From NCBI GenBank assembly GCA_964016885.1, contig OZ024752.1, positions 18,166,001 to 18,230,000 on the forward strand: DNA of 64,000 bases, given 5' to 3'. The translations under genes and the position numbers were made by a program. The notes under the pieces were generated by a model, which worked only from the letters and a program-made list of their open reading frames with translations, made no database searches and was not told the DNA's origin. Shown one piece after another: positions 51,202-64,000 of the stretch. How positions within the stretch are numbered: the stretch's first letter is position 1; each line of letters starts with the position of its first letter. The DNA is from Eledone cirrhosa. Lineage: Eukaryota.

Positions 51202-53211
51202 TCTATATATATAAAACTGAGGATCTGTCTGTCTGTCTGTGTGTGTGTGAGTTTGAATCCCTAAAACTCGAGAACCACCCAACCGACTCTTTTCAAACTT
51301 TTACACATGTAATACTTATGTTTCAGGAAGTGTTCTGAGCAAAACAAATTTCAAATTTTCAATGCCCTGGGGACCGCATTAGGCGATTTAGCGATCTCTC
51401 TCTATAATTCTTAGTCTTTCTCTTTTTAGATAGACACATACATATAACGTCGCGCCCTTATAATATATGTCTGTATGTCTGGCTGTCTGCATTACGTCAC
51501 TTCCCACAATTCCATATGCGTCCAGAACGCGCCCTTATAATATGTCTGTATGTCTAGCTGTCTGCTGCCTCCGGTTATTCTGCCACCCTTGCTCAAGACA
51601 AATCTCACACTCATTCCCCAAACAGTTGGTAAGTGCACACAACTTCTTCCTCACGTTTTAAGCCACAGTGTTGCTTACTTACGTACCACCAGACCCTTAC
51701 TTCTTTGCCAACTGTGGTTGTGGCAATACTAAGCTTAGCTAAGGCGGTTATATATTTCACACAACACTAAAAATGAAAGCCGGTAACTATGCATTAGTCA
51801 CTCTTTTTCATACCGTGAGCAAAGAAAATCCAACTTTTAGTGTTCTGAGCAAAAAAAAAAAAATCAAATTTTCAATGCCCTAGGGACCGCATTAGGCGAT
51901 TTAGCGATCATTCTCTATAATTCTTAGTCTTCCTCTTTTTAGATAGATACATACATATAACGTCGCGCTCCGGCCTATTACCTGAAATACATTTCCCTTG
52001 GCTTCAGGTGACTACCGTCAGAGATGGACCTTCCGTTTCGCACTCGGCGCATCAATGTATGGCTGTTAAACGGACCGCGAACGCATTCTGATTCATTCTA
52101 AAGGCTATCAGTGGAAGCAACCGTAACACTCTCCTTCAAATGTCAGAGAACGCAGTCAAAGTCACTATTAAGGGCTACAAGTGAACGCTCACGTGGCCCT
52201 TTTTAGGGCCACCACTTGAAATTGTTGATGGTTACCTCTCCTTACTGGGATGTCAGTGAACGGCTTACACGACCCTTTTAAGGGCCCTTGAAATAGCTGA
52301 TGGCGACCTTTTCGTTTAGGTCTGCCAGTGAACGCGCACACACCTCGGAGCCCATTTTATTGCACCATTCCTCTTTAAATTTGTTAAATTATACCCACAG
52401 TTTGGTAAACGTTTGTCCAGTTGCATGTACTTACTAAGGTGCAGTGGACTCCTTCGAGAAGGCTCCACATGCTGTCCGATTGCACGTCATGCCTTGCTCA
52501 AGCATTGCAGACTTCTCTCTGACATAAGTGGTGACATCTGTCCTGCTGACTCATGCCACTTTATTAAAGTACAAAAGCACCAAGCCGATATTTTTCCACG
52601 TGGAAGGAGAAGCATACCTAATACTAATTGCATCAGAGTATTCGGTTTATTTGCTTTACATATTGTCCAGGCATGCAGTTTTCCCACGATTAGGTCTATT
52701 GGCAGCCTGCGTTATGTTTCAGGGATTGTTATGCACATAAAAAATTCAACTTTTTGATCCCCTAGGGCCCACATTAAGTGAAAAACTACGGGGTATTTTG
52801 AGGCGTTACGTCAGGCTGATTTCCTTGAAATTGTAACTATGTATTAGTTAGTCTCTTCTTCATACCGTGAGCAAAGAAAATCCAAGTTTTTTATGGCCTA
52901 GGGCCCGCATTAGGTGAAAAACTTCATTTTTTTTCAGCTTATTAGGGCTCTTTTTAGGCGTTGCATCTAGCTGATTTTCCCGAAATTTCAAGGCATATTA
53001 TGAACATAAAAAAATTCATTTTCTTGGTGCCCTAGAGCCTGCATTAGGTGAAAACCTGCATTTTTCCTTCATCGGGGAAATCCAGCCATCAGAGTATTCG
53101 GTTTATTTTTTTTACATATTGTCAAGGCATGCAGTTTTTCCACGATTAGGTTTGGTGGCGGCCCGTGTTCCAAAATACCTTATCCCGTACAACGCCGGGT
53201 ACCACTGCTAG
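51202..53211 (+). mobile_element. Non-autonomous Helitron (about 2.0 kb)
   Basis: A|TC...CTAG|T insertion with no TSD. Subterminal CCCG..CGGG hairpin at about 53184-53199; (CTGT)n near the 5' end; internal duplications. Confidence 0.82.
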
Positions 53212-53429
53212 TTACCTATATTATATATGTATTTATTTATTCTGATTAAGCCTTTAGCATTTGAACCAGACGTAATCACTTTCTGTTCAAACCAGCTGCT
53301 TTTACCTACATTACAGTATTGTTCTCAAAACAAATAACATCAAAATCTCCTAGATTCGATATTATGTAAGTTAAAGCTTAAGTAATTAAGAATGAATGAA
53401 AACTAGTTTCTTAATTTCTTTGTTTTCAG

Positions 53430-53507
53430 GTATTTGACTGGAATGGTGGACAAAAGAACTCTAGAAAAATATGAAAAAGAAGCCAAAGAAAAGAATAGAG
53501 AAACATG
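53430..53507 (+). CDS. GSPT1: eRF3 exon 5 (YLTGMVDKRTLEKYEKEAKEKNRETW)
   Basis: Acceptor ttttcag, donor TG|gtgagt, 78 nt. Characteristic eRF3 sequence. Confidence 0.95.
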
Positions 53508-55460
53508 GTGAGTTATTCTTATGCTACTTGGCTAATATCATCATCACCGTTTTACGTCCATTTTCCATGCTAACATAGGTTGGACGAGTTTTCCTGTTGT
53601 GGACAATGCTAGGTCAGGTGACCATATCTTGTTCATACAGAACTGATTTTGGCTTGGTTTCTACAGCTGGATGCTCTTCCTAACACCAACCTCATTTACA
53701 GTGAGTACTGGGTGTTTTTTGTCATAACACCTACACGACCACTTTACATTGTGGACTATATTTTACAATAAAATATAGGTTCTGCTAACCCTTTAAACAC
53801 TAATCTTCTCATAATCATATGCATTATTACATAACATGATATTAGACTTCTGTAATTAAATATGTCTGTCATTTATTAAGTCAAAAAGGACAGTGGATTG
53901 GCACTATTGGTAGAATGATGGACAAAATGCTTTGCAGCCCTTTATGTTCTGTGTTAGAATGCCTTTGATCCTTCTGGGATTGATTTACTCGACTTTCTTC
54001 TTCCACTCAAATTGCTGGCTTTGTGCCTAAACTGGAAGTCGGTCTTAAGTAGAAAGATATGTATTTCACTAAACCTCTAATAATTATTATTTTGATAATT
54101 AAAACACAAAGGCAACATGTTACAAAAGCTTTAACTATCTCAAGTTGCCATACTACAGGGGCCATCAGTTCTTTAACAATACCATTATCCAAAATTATTA
54201 CTCATTAGTTGTTTAACATGAAATCTTGGTTTTATGTTGGGAGATTTGAATTTAAATAGGAACCCCATAAAATGGATTGTTTTATTTCATAGAACAAAAC
54301 ACCAATTTTTAATTAGAGTAAGCACACAAATGATATTTTGTTCCAACTGTGACCTCTGTTACTTTTGATTTTCTTAGTTTAAACGAGATAAAGAGTACAA
54401 TAATAAGCAAAGACATTTTTGTAACGGTTGTATTTATACTTCACAAAATTCAATCCAGGCATATTGATTTAACCCAGCCAATACCAGCTTCAATTCTATG
54501 AAATAAAACCATCTGTAGGTATATAGTCCAGAAATAAGTTCTGTTAACCTTTTTCTAAAATAACTGTTATGAATTTGAACAGAATTTGAAAAAGGCTATT
54601 CCATAGAAAAGCTAATGTTTAACCCTATTGATACCATTTAAAGTGTTGTACATTTATCTAAAAGAATCTTCCAACATATTATGAGAGCCTTTGTTACATT
54701 ATGTTCCAAACAGTAACTTGTGAAGCCTTTTGTTATTTAAATTATTAAAAAAAAGTTTGTTGGGTTTTACTGAAATGATTTTATTAAAATGGCATTTGTA
54801 ATCTAAACTATAATAAAGTAAAGAGTGCAGGACTGCGTCCAGAATATATTTTTTTATCCCATTTGTAAAATAAGTTGCATTACTTTGAATAATTAATAAA
54901 TGAATATTACATAATTTATCTACTAAATTTCATTATTCTTGATTAAATATAAATAATTTTGTTGCTTGTTTTAAGATTTCTTTAAAATTTTCAAATGTCA
55001 ACACTTCCAGTTAGTGATCACTTAAATAAACATTCATATATTTCCGTCACTAATTTTCTCCTAATGCAGTTTATATATGTCTTTTTTAATGTATCATGGA
55101 TTACGTTACTGATTACATAAGACATTGTAACGCAGTCTTCGTTCAATTTCTGTGTATATTGTCAATTATGATTTTATTTGATGTATCATATCTACATGCA
55201 TATATACTTGCATATAATATCAATATGCACGCTACACATGTTAGCAGAAAACCACCCAAAGGGTGGTTTTTCTGCTAGTATAACTAAAGATTCTTATATC
55301 AAATTATACTGGAAGTTTATAATTTATATAGGAACTCATTAAATGGGTTGATAACCAACCACCTGAAACCATCCATGGTTCCATTCTACAAAGCTATTTA
55401 TCTAACAACTTTCCATTATAAGTTTAGGTAAGAACATTTATGCGCCAAACACCAGCTTAA

Positions 55461-56918
55461 CCCTTTAGCATTCAAAGCGACAAAAACCGACAAGATTATG
55501 TCCCCTTTCATTTATTCAAACCGACAAAAACCGACATTTAATACCACACGGAGATTTCCTTCTAAAAATAAACATTGACATCATCGAAATCTCGTCAATT
55601 CGAGATTACTGCGAGATAAAGCCCTTACGCGCGAAAATTAACTCTTAGTATAGTTAAAGAACTTGCGATAACACGTGTTTTTAACGTTGAAAGTGTAACA
55701 TGGCTTCCGAAAGTAGCAACAACGAATTTGAAGGTTTTACGTCCGACGACATTCGAGATCAAAAAGAAACAGAAGATAATATCAGTGATTTATCTTCAAA
55801 CGAATCAGATATATTTATTTCTGATATATCTGATAATGATGATAGTTACTTTGAAAGTAAAAGAGAAGATTTGACGACTGACACCATTGAAAAAACAGCA
55901 ACGTGGTTGAAAGAAACATCGATAAATGTTTCGGATTTTACTGAAAATATTGGACCACAACACACATTACCACCCGATGCTAAAGCACTGGATTATTTTT
56001 TTATTTTTACCACAATCTTTCTTCGAAGTTGTGGCAAATCGCTATGCACAACAACAAATTTCTAATATCGGAAAACCCGATCTGTTATGGCATCCGACAG
56101 ATTCTGCCGAAATGAAAGCGTTTTTTACCATAAATATTATGTTTGGTATTAAACAATTTCCACGACTGTGGAATTATTGGAGTACTGATATAAGGTTTGG
56201 TGACCCTTATATATCTAGTATTATGGCAAAAACGAGATTCATTAAATTAAACCAGATGGTTGATACTTCAAATGCCCCTGGTAGAAATGAATCAAATTAC
56301 GACCCACTGTACAAAGTACGACCATTAATTGAAATATTGTCAGAAAAATTTAAAAGTGTATAAACTTATATATTGGGAACTTTCTGTTACGTAATTTTAC
56401 ACCGTACATTTACAGAGTACATTGCCAATATTATTTTGACTGGTGAAAAGGTTTTATACATTTTTTTCAATGAAAATATTTGCCTGGAATGTAGAGAAAG
56501 ACTAAAACCGTGTACTGATTACACCTGCATTTTTAATTAATTCACCTGTTCAGAAAACTGCTAGAATTGATGGAAATCAGCATCTAGGTCATTATTGGAT
56601 TTTTTTTGCAACAAATCTAACAGATAAGGCAGATAAAGTTTTAATTTTTGTGTTTATCCATAAAGTTATTACTTTTACACCTGTTAATTAATTTCACCTG
56701 CCCATAAAAGTCAAATTTAACAAAAAAACATCAGGTAAAAATATATAATTGTAAATTATAGTTATTTAAACATCTACTGACAAAATTTCAAGTCTGCACA
56801 TAGAAAATTAAAGTAATTACAAACAAATAAAATTGATAACCCTCTTGAGTATAATTAAGTGAAAATAATGCGAATAGATGAACATGACATTTGACAATTC
56901 AATGTGAATGCTAAAGGG
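55461..56918 (+). mobile_element. Internally deleted piggyBac (copy C, 1458 bp), close relative of copy A in opposite orientation, nested in an older MITE
   Basis: TTAA flanks and the same TIRs. ORFs 55700-56363 nearly match the copy A N-terminus. The catalytic region is deleted at about 56360. Confidence 0.94.
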
Positions 56919-57150
56919 TTAATGAAAAAGTTATATTAGTAAATCCCTCCAAATTCTTGGTTATTTTCAAAACTATTTGAAAATCATGGGCAGTGTATTT
57001 CATTAGAATATTGTAGCAAAAGAAATAAATAGGGTCCTTTTTTAGATGCTCAATCATTTGTTTCTTAAGTAAGCTGGTTTTTATTAAGTTATAACCAAAT
57101 GCACAAAGTGAAGTATTGCTGTATGTTTTGTTTTATTTTTTCTTTCAAAG

Positions 57151-57331
57151 GTATTTATCATGGGCATTGGATACAAATTTAGAAGAGCGTGAAAAGGGGA
57201 AAACTGTGGAAGTTGGCCGAGCATATTTTGAGACTGAAAAAAAACATTTTACTATTCTAGATGCTCCAGGTCATAAAAGCTTTGTGCCAAATATGATTGG
57301 CGGTGCTTCACAAGCTGATATGGCTATTCTT
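57151..57331 (+). CDS. GSPT1: eRF3 exon 6 (YLSWALDTN...GKTVE...[20 protein letters not shown])
   Basis: G2/G3 motifs; acceptor ttcaaag, donor CTT|gtaagt. Confidence 0.96.
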
Positions 57332-57430
57332 GTAAGTCTTTTTTTTTTTTAATCTATCTATCTATCTCTTTTTTTCTTTCTCTCACATAGTTTTATATTA
57401 ATGTTTCATATTTCTATTTTCATCTCCCAG

Positions 57431-57585
57431 GTGATTTCTGCCAGAAAGGGTGAATTTGAAACGGGATTTGAAAGAGGTGGACAAACAAGAGAACATGCTA
57501 TGTTAGCTAAGACAGCTGGTGTGAAACATTTGGTGGTTCTCATAAACAAAATGGATGACCCAACAGTAGAGTGGTCAGAAAAACG
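57431..57585 (+). CDS. GSPT1: eRF3 exon 7 (VISARKGEFETGFERGGQTREH...NKMD)
   Basis: G4 NKMD motif; acceptor ctcccag, donor CG|gtacag. Confidence 0.96.
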
Positions 57586-58045
57586 GTACAGTAGCTTGCA
57601 TATGTTTGTAGAAAAACAATTGTTGTTGTCATGAATGGAAGTTTCTATTTCATAGCTATCGGTGAAAATCGGATTGATAATTGAAGATGACTGGTTATGC
57701 TTTATCCATGGCAAATTTCTACAACCAGATGTCCTCCCTATCATTATCCCATACTTGCAGTATGGTAAAGATTTACCAACTTAATGATAATCTGGGTGTC
57801 AAGATATATAGGACTTCCATACAGTTACTATCAACCAGATGCACCCACAAATTGGGTCTGGAGGTATATAAGATATTTGCCACAAAATGTCTAGAGGAGA
57901 AACTTTGCAGTGCTATTTGTTTGATATGAACCTGAAATATAAGGTTATATTTTTTATAAAAGCGATGTTGTGAATATGTACAAATTCACCTGTTTTATAC
58001 CAACTTGAGATATTCCTCTGATATTATGTTTATATTTTATTTTAA

Positions 58046-58243
58046 CCCTTTAGCATTTAAACTGGCCATATCTGCCCAGAATTCTCTCACCTCTCTGTTC
58101 AAACCGGCTGTAACCAACCACTCATACTGATGTTATGGTATTGTTCTCAAAATATGCCAAAATCTCATAGATTTGATATGTGAGATAAAGTCTTTACCGT
58201 GAAAATACAATAGTAAATATAGAGTAATGTAAATGCTAAAGGG
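58046..58243. mobile_element. piggyBac-derived MITE of about 200 bp; other copies at about 12808-12982, 16045-16253, 17975-18183, 29310-29510, 33865-34073, 53250-53378
   Basis: TTAA flanks, TIR CCCTTTAGCATTTA; interior resembles the piggyBac 5' subterminal region. Confidence 0.88.
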
Positions 58244-58856
58244 TTAAATCATGATCACAGTTCCATTATATTGATCTTATTAGAGTTAGTTCTCAGGCAA
58301 GAATATCTTCATGAGTTTATGTAATAATTTGTGCTTTAAATACCAGCTTAATGTTCAAATTGTCATCGTCATGGTGCAACTACATCGGTTGGATGGTTTA
58401 TTGTTCTGAGCCTTAATGTCAGATAACCACATATTGCTCATATGTTTCAGTTTGGCAAGGTTTCTACAGCTAGTTGTATTTTATTGTAGTCCCAGCACTA
58501 CCACTTTACAGAGTGAGCTAGGAACATTTTATCCTGTACTATCACTTTACAAATAATATTGTAGTTTTACTAAATCATCTAACATTTAGTGTATCAGTGT
58601 TTAAGATGGTTAAAATATATATATTTGACTTTGGTTAATCTCATTGTTTTGGATGTTAATGATCAGATAATTTTACTATCCTTAGCAATTTGTCTTAACC
58701 CTTTTTATACCAAATGCTTAAAACCACCATTGGTTCTATGATGATTTAAAGTCTTTATATTTCAAAACTTTCCTCCGTAATTTTATGTAAGAACCTTCAT
58801 TAATTTATGTTCCGAAGATTATAAGTAAGTTAGTTATATAAATCAAATTCTTGATC

Positions 58857-59265
58857 TTCTTTGCCCACTTATTCCTGAGAGCGTCATGGGGCAGAATCCT
58901 CAAACACTCCTTCCAGCGGGTCCTGTCAGAAGCAACCGTCTCCAACTAATTCGGCTGGATCCCCCAAACGAGACCAGCTAAGCTCATGGATGTTATCCAA
59001 CCATCTTGCTTGGGGTCTACCCTTGGGTCTCCTGCCTGTTGGTTTTGCCTGTAAAATCTGTCCAGCAATTCTTTCCTGAGACATTCTAACCACATGCCTA
59101 TTGTATCAGAGCTGTGATCCCTCAATTCGGAGTAGTAGTGGCTCTATCGAGTAACTTTAATCAAAAAACCCTTCAAGAAGGAACCCCATTTTGGCTGCTT
59201 GTATTCGCGACCGTATACTTTCAGTCATTACTCAAGATTCATGACCATCGGTAAGGGTTGGCATG
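58857..59265 (-). mobile_element. LINE 3' fragment of a second RTE-like family, inserted in a TTAA MITE; related fragment at about 4340-4530 (+)
   Basis: Translates to ...GRPQARWLDNIHEL..; GAA-type tail; inverted match to about 4340-4530. Confidence 0.65.
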
Positions 59266-60325
59266 AATACCAAATTGAAGATTATTTTAAATTCTGAAGT
59301 AGTGTATTTCATTAGTAATATAGTAACAAAGATTAATGATATATTTATTTGTTTTGCTAGTACAACAGTTTCATAACTTTTGAAATAGATCCATTTGTAT
59401 GTGTACAAGTAGTTATGATATACTTGAATCATGCTTATAAGTGTTTTAGAAATATTGGAAATCTATACTATAATAAGAGCGCTGGTTGTCCATGCTATCT
59501 ATATATAGAGAGGGAAATACTGCTCTACCTCCCTCTCTCTCTAACTAAAGTGTAACATACAAATAAATGAAAAGGATACAGAATTTTTGGTGGGGGTTGT
59601 TTGTGTGTGTATTTTTGTGGTTCGGTATGTACAATGCAACACAGACTTTAAAAAAAGACTTTCACTATAATGACAGTTGGTTGTTGTTGAGAAAGAAATA
59701 CAGTGAGTGTGTGTGTGAAATATAGGTAGAGAGAGTTGTAAATACACAGGAATCATCATAAAGTCTACTGGTGGATTTTAAAATGAGGATTTTTGTTTAT
59801 TAGCATTTTAACAATTAATACTTTAGTTAGCAACCCAGCCAAAACCAGTTCTGGTTCTTTGAAACTAAATCCCTCATTTTAAAGGTTTCCTATTCAAATT
59901 AAAATCATCCAACATAATTTTATATAAGAACCTCACATTACGTTAATATCTTAGTAATGAAATAATTAATAATTTTAGTAAATCCCTCAAAATCTTTCAT
60001 TAATTAATTGAAATAGTGATTTCATTAGAAATACAATCATGAAAGGGTTAAGAATCTTCAACTAGGCTTTATTTAATTCATAGAAGCTTAATGTAATTGA
60101 GAAAGTTACAACACAATAGGTAATTGTGTGAACATACACTCATGAATTTATTTTGATTGTATATCTTTTTCTCTGTAGAGATATTTGTGGTGGATTTGTA
60201 AATAGTAAATAACACGAAAAATATGAGTCCTATTGTATGATTCTTGTATAATAACTGGGCCTCCTTGGCCTTTATTATTTCGCTAATGAACCAAAATAAC
60301 TTCATTCTGTGGTTTTTATTTTTAG

Positions 60326-60566
60326 GTACAATGAATGTCATGATAAGCTCATACCTTATCTAAGAAAATGTGGCTTTAATCCCAAAACAGATATTTATTT
60401 TATGCCAGTGTCAGGATTAACTGGTGCTTTCCTTAAAGAAGTAGTACCAGAAGAATTGTGTCCATGGTTCCGAGGGCCAGCTTTAATCCAATATTTAGAT
60501 GACATGCCCTCACTAAACAGAGCTTCAGATGGCCCTGTAAGAGTGCCAGTTGTTGATAGATACAAG
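60326..60566 (+). CDS. GSPT1: eRF3 exon 8 (YNECHDKL...MPVSGLTG...VVDRYK)
   Basis: G5 SG motif; acceptor tttttag, donor AAG|gtaaat. Confidence 0.94.
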
Positions 60567-60778
60567 GTAAATTCAGTTATGTTTTGTTCTCTAATTCCTA
60601 ATTATTATGTTAGAAAATATCTAAGATAATTCTCCTTGTTTATGTTGTACCTGGCTTATGGCTGAAACTACTTTTGTGTGAAATTTATTTCCACCAAATT
60701 TTGTGAACTACAGCTTTTGTATTCAAAGATTATATAAATCAATGGAGAGGACCCCATTACAAACGTCTGCTATATATA

Positions 60779-61132
60779 CTAGCAGAATGGCTCAGGATTT
60801 GCTCTAGGGTTCTTATATATTTGATATATATTTATCCTTATCGAGCCTCATGAAATAAAAACGTTTGTTTATATTTTGTTATTGTGTATGCAAAAATAGC
60901 TACACGAATATATAATTATATATATATATTATAATAACAGATTAAAGTTTAAGCAAAGAATCTTTGCTTTCACTCTTAACGGGATCTTCTGAAACTAAAA
61001 AAAATCAATCTGTGAATGCAGAAGTAAATATTTCGAAAAACGTTACACTCTATATATATATACGTATACACACACATATAGCGTCGTAATGCAGGCAGCC
61101 AGACATACAGACAGATATTATAAGGGCGCAAC

Positions 61133-61166
<34 letters not shown>

Positions 61167-62598
61167 GTTTAACGTCCATGTTCCACGCTTGCATGGGTTT
61201 GGACGGGAGTTTTCCCACTTGAGGCAAGTGTGGTTGTCTTGCTCGCATAGGACTGTCTGGCGGGTTTTCTACAGCTGGATGCCCTTCCTAACACCAACCA
61301 CATTTACAGTGTGGGGCTGGGAGGTTTTTACTGTGTTGCCTACACGGCCACATTACAGTGTAGACTGTCTGGCGGGTTTTCTACAGCTAGATGCCCTTCC
61401 TAACACCAACCACATTTACAGTGTGGGACTGGGAGGTTTTTACCGTGTTGCCTACACGGCCACATTACAGCGTGGACTGTGTGTTTTTTGTTGTGACACC
61501 TACACGATCTCATTTGTTTCGGCCTGGATGTTGTGGCACCAACATAACTTTACATTGAGTGGGGGTGGGGGGAGGGGTGTATTTTGTTAGAGATGCCTAC
61601 TGATTGTAGTAGGTTTTACTTTGTATTTAGGTAAGGCGGGTCTTCTCTATTACTGAGTACCGCCAAAGGTCTCGGTCCAGTGACATTGTCTTGGAGAGGT
61701 GTAAGTGTGTGAGGTCGGAATTTATCAGCTTGTCCCAGGTTTTTCTGGGTCTGCCTACTCCGTGGCTACCGTCTATCTTTATTGCCCTGCACTTATACAG
61801 CTGTCGTCGTTCATGCGCATCACGTGACCATACCAACGTAGCCTTCTCTCGAGTAAACAACATCTGATCCCTCTTATTTCTAATTTTTTCCTTAGTTCGT
61901 TTATGTTTTGCCGTTCACGTATATTACTATTACACATCCAGCGGAGCATGCAAGCTTCGTTCCTCTCTAGTCTGCGTATATCCTCTGCACACAATGCCCA
62001 GGTCTCACTGCCATGCAACATTGCTGTTCGTATGCAGGCATCATACAACCTACCTTTCATTTTTAGGGAGAACCCTTTAGCGGCTAATAGTGGTATAAGC
62101 TCTCTGAACTTTTTCCATCCAGTTCTGATTCTAGCTACTGTACATTCGGAGCACCCTCCTCCACTGCTGATTTTGTCACCCAGGTAACGGAAGCTGTCCA
62201 CTATTTCAATAGAACCCTCTGCACAATTGAAAGAGCTAGTATTTTGTGGGCACTTGCTGCTACTTAATGCACCAGAGCACCGGCCACATGTAAAATCTGT
62301 GTTCTTAGTTAGCTTACCTGTGATCCCACTACATCTTTTATGCACCCATACTTTGCATTTGGGACATAAAACGTTATAGCTATGTATCTATCTAAAAAGA
62401 AAGACTAAGAATTATAGAGAGAGATCGCTAAATCGCCTAATGCCGTCCCTAGGGCATTGAAAATCTGAAATTGTTTTTGCTTTAAACACTTGTACGACTA
62501 TAAGTATTACATGTGTAAAGTTTGAAAAATATCGGTTGGGTGGTTCTCGAGTTTTAGGGAGTCAGACAGACAAACATTCTTTATTTTAGATATATAGA
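60779..62598 (-). mobile_element. Short non-autonomous Helitron (inverted relative to the 49868 copy), split by an RTE insertion
   Basis: CTAG end at 60779-60782, TC start at 62598. Both halves match 49868-50459. Confidence 0.8.
61136..62369 (-). mobile_element. 5'-truncated RTE-clade LINE with long 3' UTR (two 112-bp repeats, GAT tail), inserted in a Helitron
   Basis: ORF remnants FRYLG, LHGSETW, LRWYGHV, GRPRKTW. Target duplication AACGTT at 61130-61135 and 62370-62375. Confidence 0.9.
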
Positions 62599-62710
62599 TA
62601 ATATATGGTATTCCAACCATGGCTATCTATCCTCTTTTTTAATGATGCTGCAGCCGTGACTATCTGCCATCTTTTTCAACTGACCATTAAGTGTTCCAAC
62701 TCTGGCTTGT

Positions 62711-62995
62711 GGAGATGCGTGACCTAGTGGTAAGGGTGTTGGGCTTATGATCATAATGTTGTGGGTTCGATTCCTGGGCTAGGTTGCGTGTTGTGTTCTT
62801 GAGCACAACACTTCATTTCACATTGCTCCAGTATACTTAGCTGTAACTGAGTACCAGCAATAGCTGAGAGTTTGACCCTGCGATGGACTGACGTCTTGTC
62901 TAGGGGTGAATCTTCTACTCTCAGTTGCTTCATGCCATGAAACCGGGATAAGCACTGGCCTAACAAGCCTTCTGGCTTAAAACAGACTTTAGAAC
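62711..62995 (+). mobile_element. tRNA-derived SINE; related copies at about 11995-12260 (+) and 5100-5320 (-)
   Basis: A box TGACCTAGTGG, B box GGTTCGATTCC, followed by a shared core (..TTGAGCA.AACACTT.ATTTCAC.T.GCTCCAGT). Confidence 0.75.
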
Positions 62996-63456
62996 CTTGA
63001 TCATCCACTAGAATTCCAGTGATTCTAGTTCTAAAAAACGACAGGGAATTATAATTATGTGTTGCTACAATTAAAAAGAGTAACATGAAATAATGGTTGG
63101 GAACCTAAAACTTCCATAGTTGTATAGAAATAACTGTTAAGAGTCTGTTACAGTCTATATTATTGTCTATCGTTTTTAGTTTAATATTTATCCTATCCAT
63201 AACCAAAAAAACATCTCTGATCTTCAGACCCCCATGATGGCATCAGGGATCAGGTTTTATCTGATTCACTTTCAATCAACTCTACTGATTTTCTCTCTCA
63301 CACTGTTCTATGCATTGATCTAAACAAATGTTTTCTACAATTTCTACTAAATCATAGGATGTTAAGAGTTAATTTCCCTGACATGCTGTTATAGAAACCA
63401 TTTTTTTCCCAATAAAATGTTTTTCTCAATTGCTTTCATCTTCCTTTCTTAATTAG

Positions 63457-63537
63457 GATATGGGAACAATTGTTATTGGAAAGGTGGAATCTGGCAGTTT
63501 ATCAAAGAATCAAACACTATGCCTCATGCCTAACAAA
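63457..63537 (+). CDS. GSPT1: eRF3 exon 9 (DMGTIVIGKVESG...LMPNK); gene continues past the window
   Basis: Start of domain II; acceptor aattag, donor AAA|gtaagt, 81 nt. Confidence 0.92.
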
Positions 63538-64000
63538 GTAAGTATCAATTATCTCTTAACTGTTGAATTTCAAAGTATTTATAACAATTTTTGCCAGGAT
63601 TTGCAACTGGTAGATAGTATCAGCAATTGAAAGACTATTGGAAACATTGTTTCTTTGGTCCAAATTGACTCACTTGGTAAGTGAATGAGGTCTGGGATCT
63701 TGTTGGTTGAACTCTATAACAATTAATGTTGTTGTTGAAATGTTACCCTTTACTTTGGCTCTTCGTTTTGTGTGTTTGAATGATTAAGTAGGTTTTAGAT
63801 CAATCACAGGCAAACTGCGGCCCGTTTGAAATGACACGCCTAATTTCAAAAATGCCTTGAATTTTTTAGTAGTGCGATCCACTGCTTGAAAAGGGTTGCT
63901 CATGCCTGTTTTAGATTTTGGTTTATGACATAATTCTTTTACAGAAAGCTGTGCTGACTAGAACATTGTCATGGTACCATTTAACCCTTTCATGATCAGA

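Noticed and set aside
62711-62790. Possible tRNA gene
   Set aside because: A and B boxes are present but there is no good acceptor stem, and it continues into a SINE core found elsewhere in the window.

Overview
AT-rich, intron-rich animal genomic DNA. The SINE, RTE and piggyBac repeat content suggests a coleoid cephalopod, probably Octopus (inference). Two housekeeping genes sit head-to-head with only 328 bp between their start codons. On the minus strand is a complete LUC7L3/CROP-like U1 snRNP-associated splicing factor gene (10 coding exons, 38033->7632, 489 aa). On the plus strand is the 5' part of eRF3/GSPT (9 coding exons visible, 38362->63537, continuing beyond the window). The introns hold a near-full-length piggyBac with two internally deleted relatives and many TTAA MITEs, two RTE-clade LINE copies, tRNA-type SINEs, non-autonomous Helitrons, hAT and Tc1/pogo-type MITEs, and a 5S rRNA pseudogene. 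The most unusual signals are: (1) long palindromes next to (TA)n tracts that carry Penelope-type minimal hammerhead ribozymes, with the core-intact copy on the LUC7L3 sense strand in both complete cases; (2) duplicated or extra 5' splice sites and candidate exons downstream of LUC7L3 exon 5 and of the stop codon, suggesting splicing autoregulation; (3) inverted transposon pairs bracketing eRF3 exons; (4) a same-phase homopolymer frameshift in two piggyBac copies. All calls were made by eye and no database searches were run.
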